The translations under genes were made by a program, and so were the position numbers. A stretch of DNA of 64,000 bases, taken from positions 5,472,001 through 5,536,000 of the forward strand of contig OZ220744.1 of assembly GCA_965116925.1 (NCBI GenBank). The letters run 5' to 3'. Positions 46,772 to 56,748 of the stretch are shown piece after piece. The notes under the pieces were generated by a model. It saw nothing but the letters and a program-made list of their open reading frames with translations, was not told where the DNA came from and did not search any database. The stretch is from Candidatus Poribacteria bacterium (GTDB lineage Bacteria > Poribacteria > WGA-4E > PCPOR2b). The first letter of the stretch is position 1; every line of letters starts with the position of its first letter.

Positions 46772-49756
46772 ATGGCAGCAGAGATACCTTTACAAAAAAT
46801 TGATGAATACCGGTGGCGTATCCCTAAAAGCTATATGCGCGGGATGCGGGTTGATGGAATTATCTACGCAAATGAGAAACTACTTGAACAAGCCAAAAGC
46901 GAGGAAGCGTTGCAGCAGGTCGCTAATGTGGCACATCTGCCGGGGATTATCAAGCATTCGCTGGCAATGCCTGACCTACATTGGGGCTACGGCTTCGTGA
47001 TTGGCGGAGTAGCGGCGACTGATCCGGAAGCAGATGGCGTTGTGTCCCCTGGTGGGATTGGGTACGATTTGAACTGTTTGACGGCTGACGCACAGATCCT
47101 GCATCAACACGGTTACACGATACCAATCGGAGAGATGGGTTCAAATTGGGAAACCGCTATGCTACGTTGTCAGGATTTTCAAAATAGCGTTGAAACCCAA
47201 ACCTCTGTGCAGCATTATCTGAAACTTCGTCCAACCCAGCCAGTATACCGTCTGAAGACTGAAGGTGGTGATACCATCAAGGCGACAGCCGATCATCCCT
47301 TCTGGACACCAAAGGGGATGGTTGAACTGCAATCGCTCAAGATTGGTGAAAAGGTCGCGCTATCACCATTTCAAGGGGTGCCTTATAAAGAGCCATCGGA
47401 TAAGATTATCGTTGACCAAGCACAGATCGAAAACTTGCTCAGTCAACTCGGTGATAGCCAATCCGGCAATCGACGGGGGCAGGTTATCAAGCATCTCAAG
47501 CAGCGCGATCTGTTGCCGCTGAGATACGACTCACCTGCGTTGCCATACCTGCTAAAAGTCTTAGGATATGTGATGGGAGATGGAAATATCTACTATGTTA
47601 ATGGTGATGGCAAAGGTCGAATTGCTTTCTACGGCAAAGCAGAAGATCTAGAGGCGATCAGAGCAGATATTTCACACCTTGGGTTTACACCATCAAAATT
47701 GCACCGCCGTGAGCGAGTCCATCAGATTACAACGAGTTACGACACATATCGATTTTCCCGCGAAGAGGTCAGCTTCAATGTGAGTAGTACTGCGTTCACG
47801 ACGCTACTTGTTGCGCTTGGCGCGCCTCACGGTAAGAAAGCCTCTCAGGACTATCGGATGCCTCAGTGGATTAAGGTTGCACCGTTGTGGCAGAAACGCT
47901 TGTTTCTCGCAACGCTATTCGGGGCTGAACTAGAATCCCCCGGCACAATGACAGGACACCCGTACACCATCTCCGCTCCTAAGATGTCAATGAGCAAAAG
48001 GGAGGGTTATGTCGACAGTGGTGTCTCTTTCTTGCGAGACATCAGTAATCTTTTAGCGGATTTCGGTGTGCAGACTAAGAAGATTGGCCAGCGAAAAGAG
48101 CAAACCAACACCGATGGATCGGCTTCCTATCGGTTACGATTAGTTATCTCAGGAACGAATGAAAACCTGATTAAACTGTGGGGACAGGTTGGGTTTGAAT
48201 ACAACGCAGAGCGTAAGGCACTCGCAAATGTTGCATTACAGTATCTCAAACTCAAACAACGATTGATTGAGGATCGAGAAAATGCTGCAGGGATTGCTGT
48301 TGCAATGCACGCAGATGGGATATCGATCTCAGAAATTACCGACAAGATTGGATTTAAATATATTAACGAGCGTTTTGTCGAAAGGTCGATCTATGAAGGA
48401 CGACAGACGAAACCACGAGTCAGCCAAGCGTTTCCAACTTTTGAGGAATACGTTGAGGAAGGGACACACGACTTGGGCGAAAGTGGTATGGTTTGGGATT
48501 GCATTGAGTCAATTACCCCGCTTGAGTTTGATGATTATGTTTACGACTTTACGGTTGAACATCCGGATCACAATTTCATTGCAAACGGTTTTGTTGTATC
48601 TAACTGCGGTGTTTGTTTAATTCGGACCAATTTGGATATTCAACAGTTAGCGGGTAGAACCAAAGGGCTCGTTGCGAAGCTGTTTGAAAATGTTCCCTGT
48701 GGTGTTGGGTCAAGTGGAAAGATTCGGCTGAACCAGCAAGAAGAGAAGCAGATGGTCGAGCAGGGAGCGCGTTGGGCGGTTGAGCGCGAATACGGCTTTC
48801 TTGAAGACCTTCAATTTACGGAGGCGAACGGCTTTCTGTCCCTTGCCAATGCGGATGCAGTCAGCAAACGCGCCCTGGAGCGCGGAAAAAATCAGCTCGG
48901 CACACTCGGCTCTGGAAATCACTTTTTAGAAGTTCAAGTGGTAGATCGGATTCTGTATCGGGAAGCCGCGGAGGTGATGGGGCTGACGGAGGGACAGATT
49001 TGTGTGATGATTCATAGTGGTTCGCGCGGCTTCGGCTATCAGGTGTGCGATGAGCATGTCAAAACATGGGTCCAAGTTGCAAAGAAGTATGGGATTGATC
49101 TGCCCGACCGCCAACTTGCCTCTGCCCCGATTAATTCAAAGGAGGGGCAGGACTATATCACGGCGATGGCGTGTGGGGCGAACTATGCATGGAATAACCG
49201 CCAGTGTATCATGCACTGGGTGCGTCAAACATTCATGGATTTCTTTGAGACGGGGGTTGATGAGCTCGGCTTAGAACTGGTCTATGATGTCGCACATAAC
49301 ATCGGCAAGTTTGAGAAGCATCTCGTTGATGGGACTGAACGTGAACTGTTCGTGCATCGCAAAGGTGCGACACGAGCGTTCCCGGCGGGGCATCCTGAGA
49401 TTCCCAACAAGTATCAGAAGGTTGGACAGCCGGTTCTGATACCCGGCGATATGGGCACCGCCTCTTATGTCTTAGTCGGTAACCCGTCGGCGATGGAGCA
49501 GACGTGGGGAACAACATGCCATGGTGCAGGTAGAATGCTTTCGCGGCGGAAAGCGATGCAGGTCACGAAAGGGCGCAGCATTCAAAAAGACCTTGAGAAG
49601 CAAGGAATCTTCGTCCGTGCAGAAGGGCGACGCACACTCCACGAGGAGGTGCCTGAAGCCTACAAAGATGTGGATGAAGTTGTCAAGGTTGTCGACGCAG
49701 CGGGCCTTTCACGGCGGGTAGCGCGGTTGCGCCCGATTGGTGTAGTCAAAGGTTAG
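46772..49756 (+). CDS. rtcB: RNA ligase RtcB containing an intein
   Basis: MPDLHWGYGF, GYDLN|CG, QLGTLGSGNHFLE, HSGSRG, HRKGATRAF, PGDMG, HGAGR and AYKD motifs; 484-aa extein. Confidence 0.96.
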   Translation: MAAEIPLQKIDEYRWRIPKSYMRGMRVDGIIYANEKLLEQAKSEEALQQVANVAHLPGIIKHSLAMPDLHWGYGFVIGGVAATDPEADGVVSPGGIGYDLNCLTADAQILHQHGYTIPIGEMGSNWETAMLRCQDFQNSVETQTSVQHYLKLRPTQPVYRLKTEGGDTIKATADHPFWTPKGMVELQSLKIGEKVALSPFQGVPYKEPSDKIIVDQAQIENLLSQLGDSQSGNRRGQVIKHLKQRDLLPLRYDSPALPYLLKVLGYVMGDGNIYYVNGDGKGRIAFYGKAEDLEAIRADISHLGFTPSKLHRRERVHQITTSYDTYRFSREEVSFNVSSTAFTTLLVALGAPHGKKASQDYRMPQWIKVAPLWQKRLFLATLFGAELESPGTMTGHPYTISAPKMSMSKREGYVDSGVSFLRDISNLLADFGVQTKKIGQRKEQTNTDGSASYRLRLVISGTNENLIKLWGQVGFEYNAERKALANVALQYLKLKQRLIEDRENAAGIAVAMHADGISISEITDKIGFKYINERFVERSIYEGRQTKPRVSQAFPTFEEYVEEGTHDLGESGMVWDCIESITPLEFDDYVYDFTVEHPDHNFIANGFVVSNCGVCLIRTNLDIQQLAGRTKGLVAKLFENVPCGVGSSGKIRLNQQEEKQMVEQGARWAVEREYGFLEDLQFTEANGFLSLANADAVSKRALERGKNQLGTLGSGNHFLEVQVVDRILYREAAEVMGLTEGQICVMIHSGSRGFGYQVCDEHVKTWVQVAKKYGIDLPDRQLASAPINSKEGQDYITAMACGANYAWNNRQCIMHWVRQTFMDFFETGVDELGLELVYDVAHNIGKFEKHLVDGTERELFVHRKGATRAFPAGHPEIPNKYQKVGQPVLIPGDMGTASYVLVGNPSAMEQTWGTTCHGAGRMLSRRKAMQVTKGRSIQKDLEKQGIFVRAEGRRTLHEEVPEAYKDVDEVVKVVDAAGLSRRVARLRPIGVVKG
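47075..48604 (+). mobile_element. Intein with LAGLIDADG homing endonuclease (510 aa)
   Basis: Block A CLTADAQI, block B ATADHPF, endonuclease blocks LGYVMGDG and FLATLFGAE, block F VYDFTV..PDHNFIANG, end SN followed by Cys+1. Confidence 0.95.
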
Positions 49757-49801
49757 GAGATACACTTATACTAGGCAGATTTGAAAAAAGGAGTACACGT
49801 A

Positions 49802-50947
49802 GTGAAGATCGCAAGGATTGAGCAGTTTTTTCCGCGTCATCGGATGCGGTTGGTAAGAATCACAACTGACAACGGTCTTGTCGGCTGGGGAGAGACAACG
49901 CTTGAAGGCAAGCCGAAAAGCACCATTGCCGCTGTTGAGGAACTCACCGACTACCTGATCGGTAAAGATCCGTTACGCATCGAACATCATTGGCAACACA
50001 TTTACCGGTCCGCCTTTTTCCGGGGCGGCAATGTGTTAATGAGTGCCTTATCCGGCATCGATCAGGCACTATGGGACATCGCCGGCAAACACTACGATGT
50101 GCCGACACATCAACTGCTCGGCGGTGCGGTGCGTGACCGCATTCGCGTTTACGCACATTGGGGCATCGGCAGCATGACGGACGAGGGGCAAGCTGCTGCG
50201 AAAGCCCGTCTCGAAATGTTACAGAAGAAGGGAGGCTACAAAGCGTTTAAGTCGGGGCCCGGCGGCACGTGGCGAGCGCATGAGCCACCGGCTGTTATTG
50301 ACGCCTTTGTTGAGCGCGCCTATCTGATGCGGGAGTGGGTTGGCCCTGATGCGGAGTTGTGTTTCGACTTTCATGGCAAAATGACACCGGCACTCGCCAT
50401 CGAAGTCTGTCATGAATTGAAGGGGATGCGTCCTATGTTCGTGGAGGAGCCGGTGCCACAGGAGAATATCGATGCCCTGAAGTTGGTTTCAGACCATGTT
50501 CCGTTTCCGATTGCGACCGGGGAACGTCTGCTCTCGCGATGGGAATTCCGCCAAGTGTTCGAGAAGCAGGCGGTAGCGTATATCCAACCGGATGGGTCAC
50601 ACGCGGGTGGAATCACAGAGTTGAAGAAGATTGCGAATATGGCAGAAGTTTACTACATCCACACTATGCCGCACTGTGCGATTGGACCTGTAGCGTTTTC
50701 CGCCTGTATGCAGGTTGATGCAGTTGTTCCGAATTTCCTCGTTCAGGAGCAGGTTGATGCAGCACTTGGTAATGGGTTGCTGAAAACGGATTGGGAGGTC
50801 AAGGATGGGCATATAGAATTGCCGACGAGACCCGGGCTCGGTTTCGAGATAGACGAGAAAGAGGCTATGCAGAATCGTGAAGGGTACGACGAAGAGTTGG
50901 GTGGTGAGTTCTATTACGAGTCGGATGGCAGCGTTGCGGATTGGTAA
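49802..50947 (+). CDS. dgoD: Galactonate dehydratase
   Basis: SALSGIDQALWDIAGK, DFHG, FVEEP, ATGERL, QPD.SHAGGITE and PH motifs. Confidence 0.85.
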   Translation: MKIARIEQFFPRHRMRLVRITTDNGLVGWGETTLEGKPKSTIAAVEELTDYLIGKDPLRIEHHWQHIYRSAFFRGGNVLMSALSGIDQALWDIAGKHYDVPTHQLLGGAVRDRIRVYAHWGIGSMTDEGQAAAKARLEMLQKKGGYKAFKSGPGGTWRAHEPPAVIDAFVERAYLMREWVGPDAELCFDFHGKMTPALAIEVCHELKGMRPMFVEEPVPQENIDALKLVSDHVPFPIATGERLLSRWEFRQVFEKQAVAYIQPDGSHAGGITELKKIANMAEVYYIHTMPHCAIGPVAFSACMQVDAVVPNFLVQEQVDAALGNGLLKTDWEVKDGHIELPTRPGLGFEIDEKEAMQNREGYDEELGGEFYYESDGSVADW

Positions 50948-50963
50948 AGACGATCAGTGATGC

Positions 50964-52004
50964 TTATTCAATTTTCATCTCTTCCAAATCCCTTTCGAGA
51001 GTCCTGATTTCCGTTAGGGTCATTGAGTCAGGTTCAAGTGCGTATGCGTTTCTATATACTTCGAGTGCGGACTCTGGATCTTGTAAGAACGAGTTGTAAA
51101 TCTGTCCCATCCACAGATATGCGTCAACCTCAGTCGGGTCTAGCGTAACGATTTTCTGGTACACATCTAACGCCTCGTCATAAGCGCGTTCCTCTCCCCC
51201 GCGCCGGAGTATAGCCGCGCGGCCATAGAGTAATCCGATGAGTTCTTGTTTCGCCTCTGTGAAGTTCGGTGCGTGTGCCACGACCTCTTCAAGAATTTCA
51301 AGCCCCCTATCCTCCAAGCCGACAAGCTGCGCTTGTTCTTCGGCGGTAAGCTCTCGGTCAATGAATTGATACATCTGCTGGATATTGCGATAGGTTCGTG
51401 ACAGTTGGAGTCGGGCTTGCAGACCAATTGGCATTGGCTCAAAGGGCACATCAATTAAGTCGAGATCATTTTCGATTGCTTTCTTGTAGTGAGTCTGTGC
51501 TTCCTCAAACTGTTTCGTCCCCTGATACAGCACACCTAACTGATAGTGTGCTTCCGCATACGTTGGATCTTTGGCGATTACAGCGAGGAACTCTTGGACC
51601 GCCAGTGCCTGTTCACCTGTGTCACGCAGCAGCTTTCCGCGGAGGAGGTGGACAGCTGGATGGTCGGGATCAATCGCTGCAGCGCGATTCAGATGGATTT
51701 CTGCATCCGCTACCCAGTTGCTATGGAAATAGATCTCCGAAACCCGAAGATGGGCGTGCAGCCGCGAGGCATGGTTGACGTTGTTGGCATCTGCCTCAAT
51801 CGCCTGAATACCCTCCCAATACGCAAATAAGGCCTTGGGTAGGTCCTGCTTTGCAAAGTGTTCATCTCCCTGTTCAATGAATGTACTTGCTTGTGATGCG
51901 GGAGGTGAATTGATTTCTGCGCCACCTCTTTTTGTATTCAGGATAATCAGGACGATGAGTGCAATCAGAGCCACAGCTTCAAAGTAGAGCAACCATTTAC
52001 GCAT
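50964..52004 (-). CDS. TPR repeat protein with N-terminal membrane anchor
   Basis: Several TPR units, e.g. AEAHYQLGVLYQGTKQFEEAQTHYKKAIE. Confidence 0.85.
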   Translation of the reverse strand: MRKWLLYFEAVALIALIVLIILNTKRGGAEINSPPASQASTFIEQGDEHFAKQDLPKALFAYWEGIQAIEADANNVNHASRLHAHLRVSEIYFHSNWVADAEIHLNRAAAIDPDHPAVHLLRGKLLRDTGEQALAVQEFLAVIAKDPTYAEAHYQLGVLYQGTKQFEEAQTHYKKAIENDLDLIDVPFEPMPIGLQARLQLSRTYRNIQQMYQFIDRELTAEEQAQLVGLEDRGLEILEEVVAHAPNFTEAKQELIGLLYGRAAILRRGGEERAYDEALDVYQKIVTLDPTEVDAYLWMGQIYNSFLQDPESALEVYRNAYALEPDSMTLTEIRTLERDLEEMKIE

Positions 52005-52017
52005 CTGTAATCTCTCC

Positions 52018-53877
52018 TCAATTAATTCCCGTCAAGAGCGTTAAAAATTCTTCCGGTTCAACAAACTTTTCAAGCCTTTTGCCTGTCAACTGATTCCCTT
52101 CAGAATCAAAGAAAATGACCACCGGCAAACCAACAATGCCGTATTTTTGTTTCAGCCGTTCGACTTCATCCGAGTTTCGAGTGAAGTCCAGTTTGACGTT
52201 CACAAATTTCGATAACTTTGATTTTACCACGGGATCAGAATAGGTATGCTCTAGTTCGTTGCAAGCAGCACACCATGTAGCGTAGAAATCGAGCATAACA
52301 GGTTTCCCTTCCCTCCGTCCAGCCTCCAATCCTTGGACTTCGTCGGCTATCCAGACGAGATCACTTTCCGCTGTTGTGAGTCCGCCGACAAACATATAAA
52401 GCCCAACAACTGCCAATAGAACGCCAACCGCTTTGCGGAGTTGCACCAAACGGGGCAGGTCTTTGAACCGCTGGGAAAATTTACCGAGGGCAACCCCAGC
52501 TAGCACGAACACACCCGCAATGACAAAAAAGCCCGTAGAATTCTGAAGCAGGGAGCGTAATGGTGGAATGGCATCTTTGAGGAAATACAGTGCCACTGTG
52601 ATTATAGCGACACCGAATATGTTCTCCAAAATATACATCCAGCCCCCAGATCTTGGGAGGGCGGCGATGGCCCCTGAAAACGTACCGATCACGATAAACA
52701 ACAATCCCATACCGAGGGCATAGGTCAACAGCAGCCAGAATCCGAGGAAAACGCTCTCTGTGGTAGCCACGTAGGAAAGCACTGCACCCAACGCCGGTCC
52801 TGTACAAGGTGCGGCGATGATGCCGGCAACGGTTCCCATCGCAAAGGCACCGGCAAATCCGGCACCGCCAACAGTGTTGAGTCGATTCTGCAGGGCGTAA
52901 GGCACACGGAGCTCAAAGACACCGAGCATCGAGAGCCCGAGCGCGAACAGAATCCCGCATACAGGAACTATGACCCGTGGATCTGCCATTATCTGTCCAA
53001 AGACCGCCCCCGTTGACGCGACAGCAACGCCCAGAATTGCGTATGTTAGTGCGATGCCGAGAACATAAGTAAGGGATAAGAGAAAGGATCGCAGACGACC
53101 TACGGATTCACCCGCACCAAAGACGGAAACAGTAATCGGGATTAGTGGGTAAACGCACGGCGTGAAACTAGTCAAGATTCCGCCCACAAAAACGAAGAGG
53201 AATGCCCAAAAGTAACCTTGGGATAACGCTTGAGAAAATTTACCGCTTTCGCTTGTAGCGGGCTCAGAGGGGTTATCCGGAGGAGAACCGAGTTGCAGGT
53301 TTGCAAAGATAGTGTCGTTAATGGGTTGAATCGGTTGGTCCATTCCAACAACGTCAATCGCAACATTGAAATCGATTGTTTTCGGCAGCAAACACTGTTC
53401 ATCGTTACACGCTTGATATGTCAATTGGAAGGGAAGCGTCATCTGTCCTAACGGTGCTGAGTCTAGTAATGTCGTTTGGAACCCGATCACGGCTTCATCG
53501 TGATACACCGGGACTTTTCCGCCCAACGAAGCAATTTCGAGGACATCTGCCTTGGGATATACTACTTCGCCAAATATCAGATCGGCGTGGTCGGGCAAGG
53601 TAACTTCTGTGGGGATTAAGCCTTCCCCGGCAGGATTCGCATTTGCGTGCCAGTTAGGCGCGAACTTCATCACGACAGCCATCTGGAATGTGCTTCCGGG
53701 CTGCACCTGATTTACTGACAAGACCCCATGCGCCGTGACAATCTCAGGTGGCTTATCATTTTGCTTAGGCAGTCCAAAACGCGATAACTGCCCCCATAAG
53801 GTGGCAGGCGTTCCGATGTATAGTGCACAGATAAGGTATAGTAGAAAGTGAGGGCGAAAAACTGATTTTCTCTTCAT
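52018..53877 (-). CDS. dsbD: Thiol:disulfide interchange protein DsbD
   Basis: N-domain QACNDEQC, TM domain TPCVYP and APCTGP, C-terminal thioredoxin WCAAC. Confidence 0.92.
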   Translation of the reverse strand: MKRKSVFRPHFLLYLICALYIGTPATLWGQLSRFGLPKQNDKPPEIVTAHGVLSVNQVQPGSTFQMAVVMKFAPNWHANANPAGEGLIPTEVTLPDHADLIFGEVVYPKADVLEIASLGGKVPVYHDEAVIGFQTTLLDSAPLGQMTLPFQLTYQACNDEQCLLPKTIDFNVAIDVVGMDQPIQPINDTIFANLQLGSPPDNPSEPATSESGKFSQALSQGYFWAFLFVFVGGILTSFTPCVYPLIPITVSVFGAGESVGRLRSFLLSLTYVLGIALTYAILGVAVASTGAVFGQIMADPRVIVPVCGILFALGLSMLGVFELRVPYALQNRLNTVGGAGFAGAFAMGTVAGIIAAPCTGPALGAVLSYVATTESVFLGFWLLLTYALGMGLLFIVIGTFSGAIAALPRSGGWMYILENIFGVAIITVALYFLKDAIPPLRSLLQNSTGFFVIAGVFVLAGVALGKFSQRFKDLPRLVQLRKAVGVLLAVVGLYMFVGGLTTAESDLVWIADEVQGLEAGRREGKPVMLDFYATWCAACNELEHTYSDPVVKSKLSKFVNVKLDFTRNSDEVERLKQKYGIVGLPVVIFFDSEGNQLTGKRLEKFVEPEEFLTLLTGIN

Positions 53878-53919
53878 GTCTAACTTTCCCGGCTGTAAAA
53901 GACTCCTGAAAGGTGCAGC

Positions 53920-54360
53920 TTATTTTTGCAATTGCTGATTAATTGCTGCACTCATTTCCTTTAGCGTCTGCTTGCTCGTTAGGCGTGTCGATATATCTCG
54001 CGTTTGGCTATCGAGCAGTAGGATGAAACCCGTTCCCTGATTGGCTTTGTAGGCTTCACCCATTCCAAGTGCTGAGGCGAGCAATTCTGACTGATAGTGA
54101 GTGGTCCGGTTCGTAAAATCTAGGGTAACGAAGAGTACAGGCTTCCCATCGAACTTGTTCTGCAAATCGGTGAAGATGGTCCCCATCTTTTTGCAGGAAC
54201 CTCACCAATCTGCGTGAAACTTCACAGCAATTATCTGTGGGGCAGCAGGCTCATTGGCTGACTCCTCGCCAGACAAGCTGATAGTCGTTACAATTAAGGT
54301 GGTCGCTACCATGATGGCCAAGGCAACCAAAATCCATCGAAGTTGAACGGGGTATTTCAT
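53920..54360 (-). CDS. Exported thioredoxin-like selenoprotein (UxxC), 146 aa
   Basis: Two track ORFs share one frame and are separated only by TGA at 54202-54204, giving KFHADW-U-GSCKKM. SECIS-like hairpin directly downstream, N-terminal signal/TM segment, SD AAGGA. Confidence 0.85.
54157..54201 (-). promoter_or_regulatory. Bacterial SECIS-like hairpin
   Basis: mRNA: UGA GGUUC CUGCAAA AAGAUGG-GGA-CCAUCUU CACCGA UUUGCAG AAC; G-rich apical loop 18-19 nt after the UGA. Confidence 0.7.
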
Positions 54361-54492
54361 GATGTTTTTCCTTTCGTTTTTTGTGAGAAGAGGGTCAAAG
54401 GGTAGAAGAAAAGCAAATGAATTGCAGATTGTGGATACCTTATTCGCTAAGGGCCTCCACAACCTACGTGCGTATTACATTCGGTTTCATAC

Positions 54493-56055
54493 CTACTTCG
54501 GCTCAAGGATAGCGCAGGGTAAGATCATCTCCTCCATTGAGATGCCGCCGTGCTGGAATCCTCCGTTAAATTGGTGCTTATAGTCGTTAAACTGACTCGG
54601 ATAAACGAAGTAATAGTCCTCTTTGGCAAGGACATAATTCTTTTCGTAAGGCGTATCGGGCAGCATGTACTGCTCTGGCTGCGTAATTCTCAACCCGGCC
54701 TCTTCGTCACATATAAGTTCGCCGCCGACTTTGAACCGAAGCCCATTCGTTGCGGGTCTATCGCCTGAAACCTTCGCTGCACGTTGACACAAAATCGAAC
54801 CGTGATCCGCCGTTAAAATGACTGTAACGCCTCGATCTGCCAACAATTTGAGGATCTTATACACCCCTGAATGCTGAAACCAATTTTGCACAAATGTGCG
54901 AAACGCGGTTTCATTGGGAATGAGTTGCTTGAGCAGGGCGATCTCAGAACGTTTATGGGTCAGGTGATCAATACAGCCAACGACCACCGCTGCTAAACTG
55001 ATGCGTTTGGTATTGCTAATCCATTGGAGGTACTCCATTTCCCCGCGCACATCAAAGATTTTAAAATAGTGCGAAGCGGGTTTAAGATAGATACCGTGTC
55101 TCTCTAGTTGCAATCGCATCAGATCTTTTTCATAACGGTTGACACTGGTGTTTTCATCATCAGTTTCCACCCATAAATCGGGATAGCGTTGCGAAAACTC
55201 TAGCGGAAACAGTCCGCTAAAAATCGAGTTCCGAGAGTAATTTGTCGCTGTCGGCAAGATTGAGTAGTGATGGTGTGTCGTAATCTGAAAGTATGGGTCT
55301 AGGAGCGGCTTAATTTTTAGCCAGTGATCCAGCCGCATACAGTCCATCACCATAAAGAAGACCTGCTTGCCAACCTGTATCTCTGGAATAACATGTTTGT
55401 AAAGTAGATCTACCGATAAAACGGGGGAATCCTCACCGACCAACCAATCGGAATAGTTATCTTCAATATAGCGGGCAAATAGGGCGTTACATTCCTGTTT
55501 CTCCAGCCTATGTGTTTCACGTAAGTTATCGGCGATGTCAAGTTCATCTAGGCGCAAATCCCATTCGGCGAGCTGGGTGTAAATATCAATCCATGTTTTC
55601 CAATCGACCCCCTCCTGTTTTAGTGCGCTTCGCTTATTAAAGTCGATAACATACTCTTGAGCGGTATAATCTTCCGTAACAGCATCGTATTCTAGGAGGA
55701 ACGCCAGTTGTGAGGCAATCTGTTGTGGGCTCAACGGCTTCATTAAGAAATCATCAACGCGATGGATAATTGCCTCATTCAAAATCTTCCGTTGCTCGTT
55801 TTCGGTTACCATGACCACCGGTAAATGGGGGCATTTCCTCTTGATCGCCGAAAGCAGACAAATCCCGTCCATATCGGGCATCATATGGTTAATCAGGACC
55901 GCGTCGTAAGTTTTTTTCTTTAACTGAGATAACCCATCAACCCCCGTCAATGCAGGCGTAATCTGATAACCCTTTTGTTCCAAGAATCGGATGTGCTTTT
56001 CTAAACTGTTTATCTCATCATCAATCCACAAAATCCTCCTTGCTTGTGTTTGCAT
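54493..56055 (-). CDS. PorX-like response regulator (REC + PglZ alkaline phosphatase-superfamily domain)
   Basis: ILWIDDE receiver domain; PglZ motifs MDCMR.D.W, LPTAT.YSRNSIFSG, D.LTH, TADHG and FQHGGISMEEM. Confidence 0.88.
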   Translation of the reverse strand: MQTQARRILWIDDEINSLEKHIRFLEQKGYQITPALTGVDGLSQLKKKTYDAVLINHMMPDMDGICLLSAIKRKCPHLPVVMVTENEQRKILNEAIIHRVDDFLMKPLSPQQIASQLAFLLEYDAVTEDYTAQEYVIDFNKRSALKQEGVDWKTWIDIYTQLAEWDLRLDELDIADNLRETHRLEKQECNALFARYIEDNYSDWLVGEDSPVLSVDLLYKHVIPEIQVGKQVFFMVMDCMRLDHWLKIKPLLDPYFQITTHHHYSILPTATNYSRNSIFSGLFPLEFSQRYPDLWVETDDENTSVNRYEKDLMRLQLERHGIYLKPASHYFKIFDVRGEMEYLQWISNTKRISLAAVVVGCIDHLTHKRSEIALLKQLIPNETAFRTFVQNWFQHSGVYKILKLLADRGVTVILTADHGSILCQRAAKVSGDRPATNGLRFKVGGELICDEEAGLRITQPEQYMLPDTPYEKNYVLAKEDYYFVYPSQFNDYKHQFNGGFQHGGISMEEMILPCAILEPK

Positions 56056-56629
56056 TACATATCACCTCACCCTCCCTATATTGCCGCAAGGTTGCGGCTT
56101 GTAGCTCCGCACGGTATCTCAAACCGGCGGATTCTGACTCTTGCAGAGCCTTCAAAAGATTGGTATTTAATTCATCAAAAGTTGCCCAACGGGCACCAGC
56201 GATTTCTTTGGTATCAACAGGTTGTAAACGCCCGCCTATAGCCTGAGCGGCAAAGACATGAGATGTCCAGAACACCGTTTCGTCCTTAAAAGAGAAGTGA
56301 ACATACACTTTGAGGAGATATTTCTGGAGTTGAATCTCTAAGCCTGTTTCCTCATAGGCTTCCCGCTGTGCGCCTATTTCAAAATCTTCTCCTCGTTCAA
56401 CGCCACCGCTGGGCGGGCGGTAAACATCAAGAGGATAACTCGGTTTTCGGATCACCGCAATTTTATTACCTTTAGAAATGAACAGAGTGACATCGTGCGC
56501 CCGTCCGTGTCGCATGCTCCACTTGAGCAGGTCAAACCCTTGTTGATTCATCGTGTAGGCAGTGCGTAGGATACGTGGCACACCATATTTCTCTTCAAGT
56601 CGATTCAGCACTTCTTGGGTGATGTACAT
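56021..56629 (-). CDS. NUDIX hydrolase
   Basis: Nudix box GGVERGEDFEIGAQREAYEETGL. Confidence 0.9.
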   Translation of the reverse strand: MYITQEVLNRLEEKYGVPRILRTAYTMNQQGFDLLKWSMRHGRAHDVTLFISKGNKIAVIRKPSYPLDVYRPPSGGVERGEDFEIGAQREAYEETGLEIQLQKYLLKVYVHFSFKDETVFWTSHVFAAQAIGGRLQPVDTKEIAGARWATFDELNTNLLKALQESESAGLRYRAELQAATLRQYREGEVICNANTSKEDFVD

Positions 56630-56748
56630 TGTGTGAAACGTGAAACCTAATGCGTAATGCGTGAAACGTGAAAATCATTAGCAGTAAGGAACAACAATCG
56701 TTATTCCCTACAGTTTTTGTTATATGATTTCTTAACATGAATCCGACA

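Noticed and set aside
54202..54204. TGA as a simple nonsense mutation (pseudogene)
   Set aside because: It falls exactly at the redox Cys position, is followed by a SECIS-like hairpin, and both flanks are intact. Not formally excluded without finding the sel genes.
54493..56055. BREX defence system (PglZ)
   Set aside because: The architecture is REC-PglZ (PorX type) and no brxC or pglX genes are nearby.
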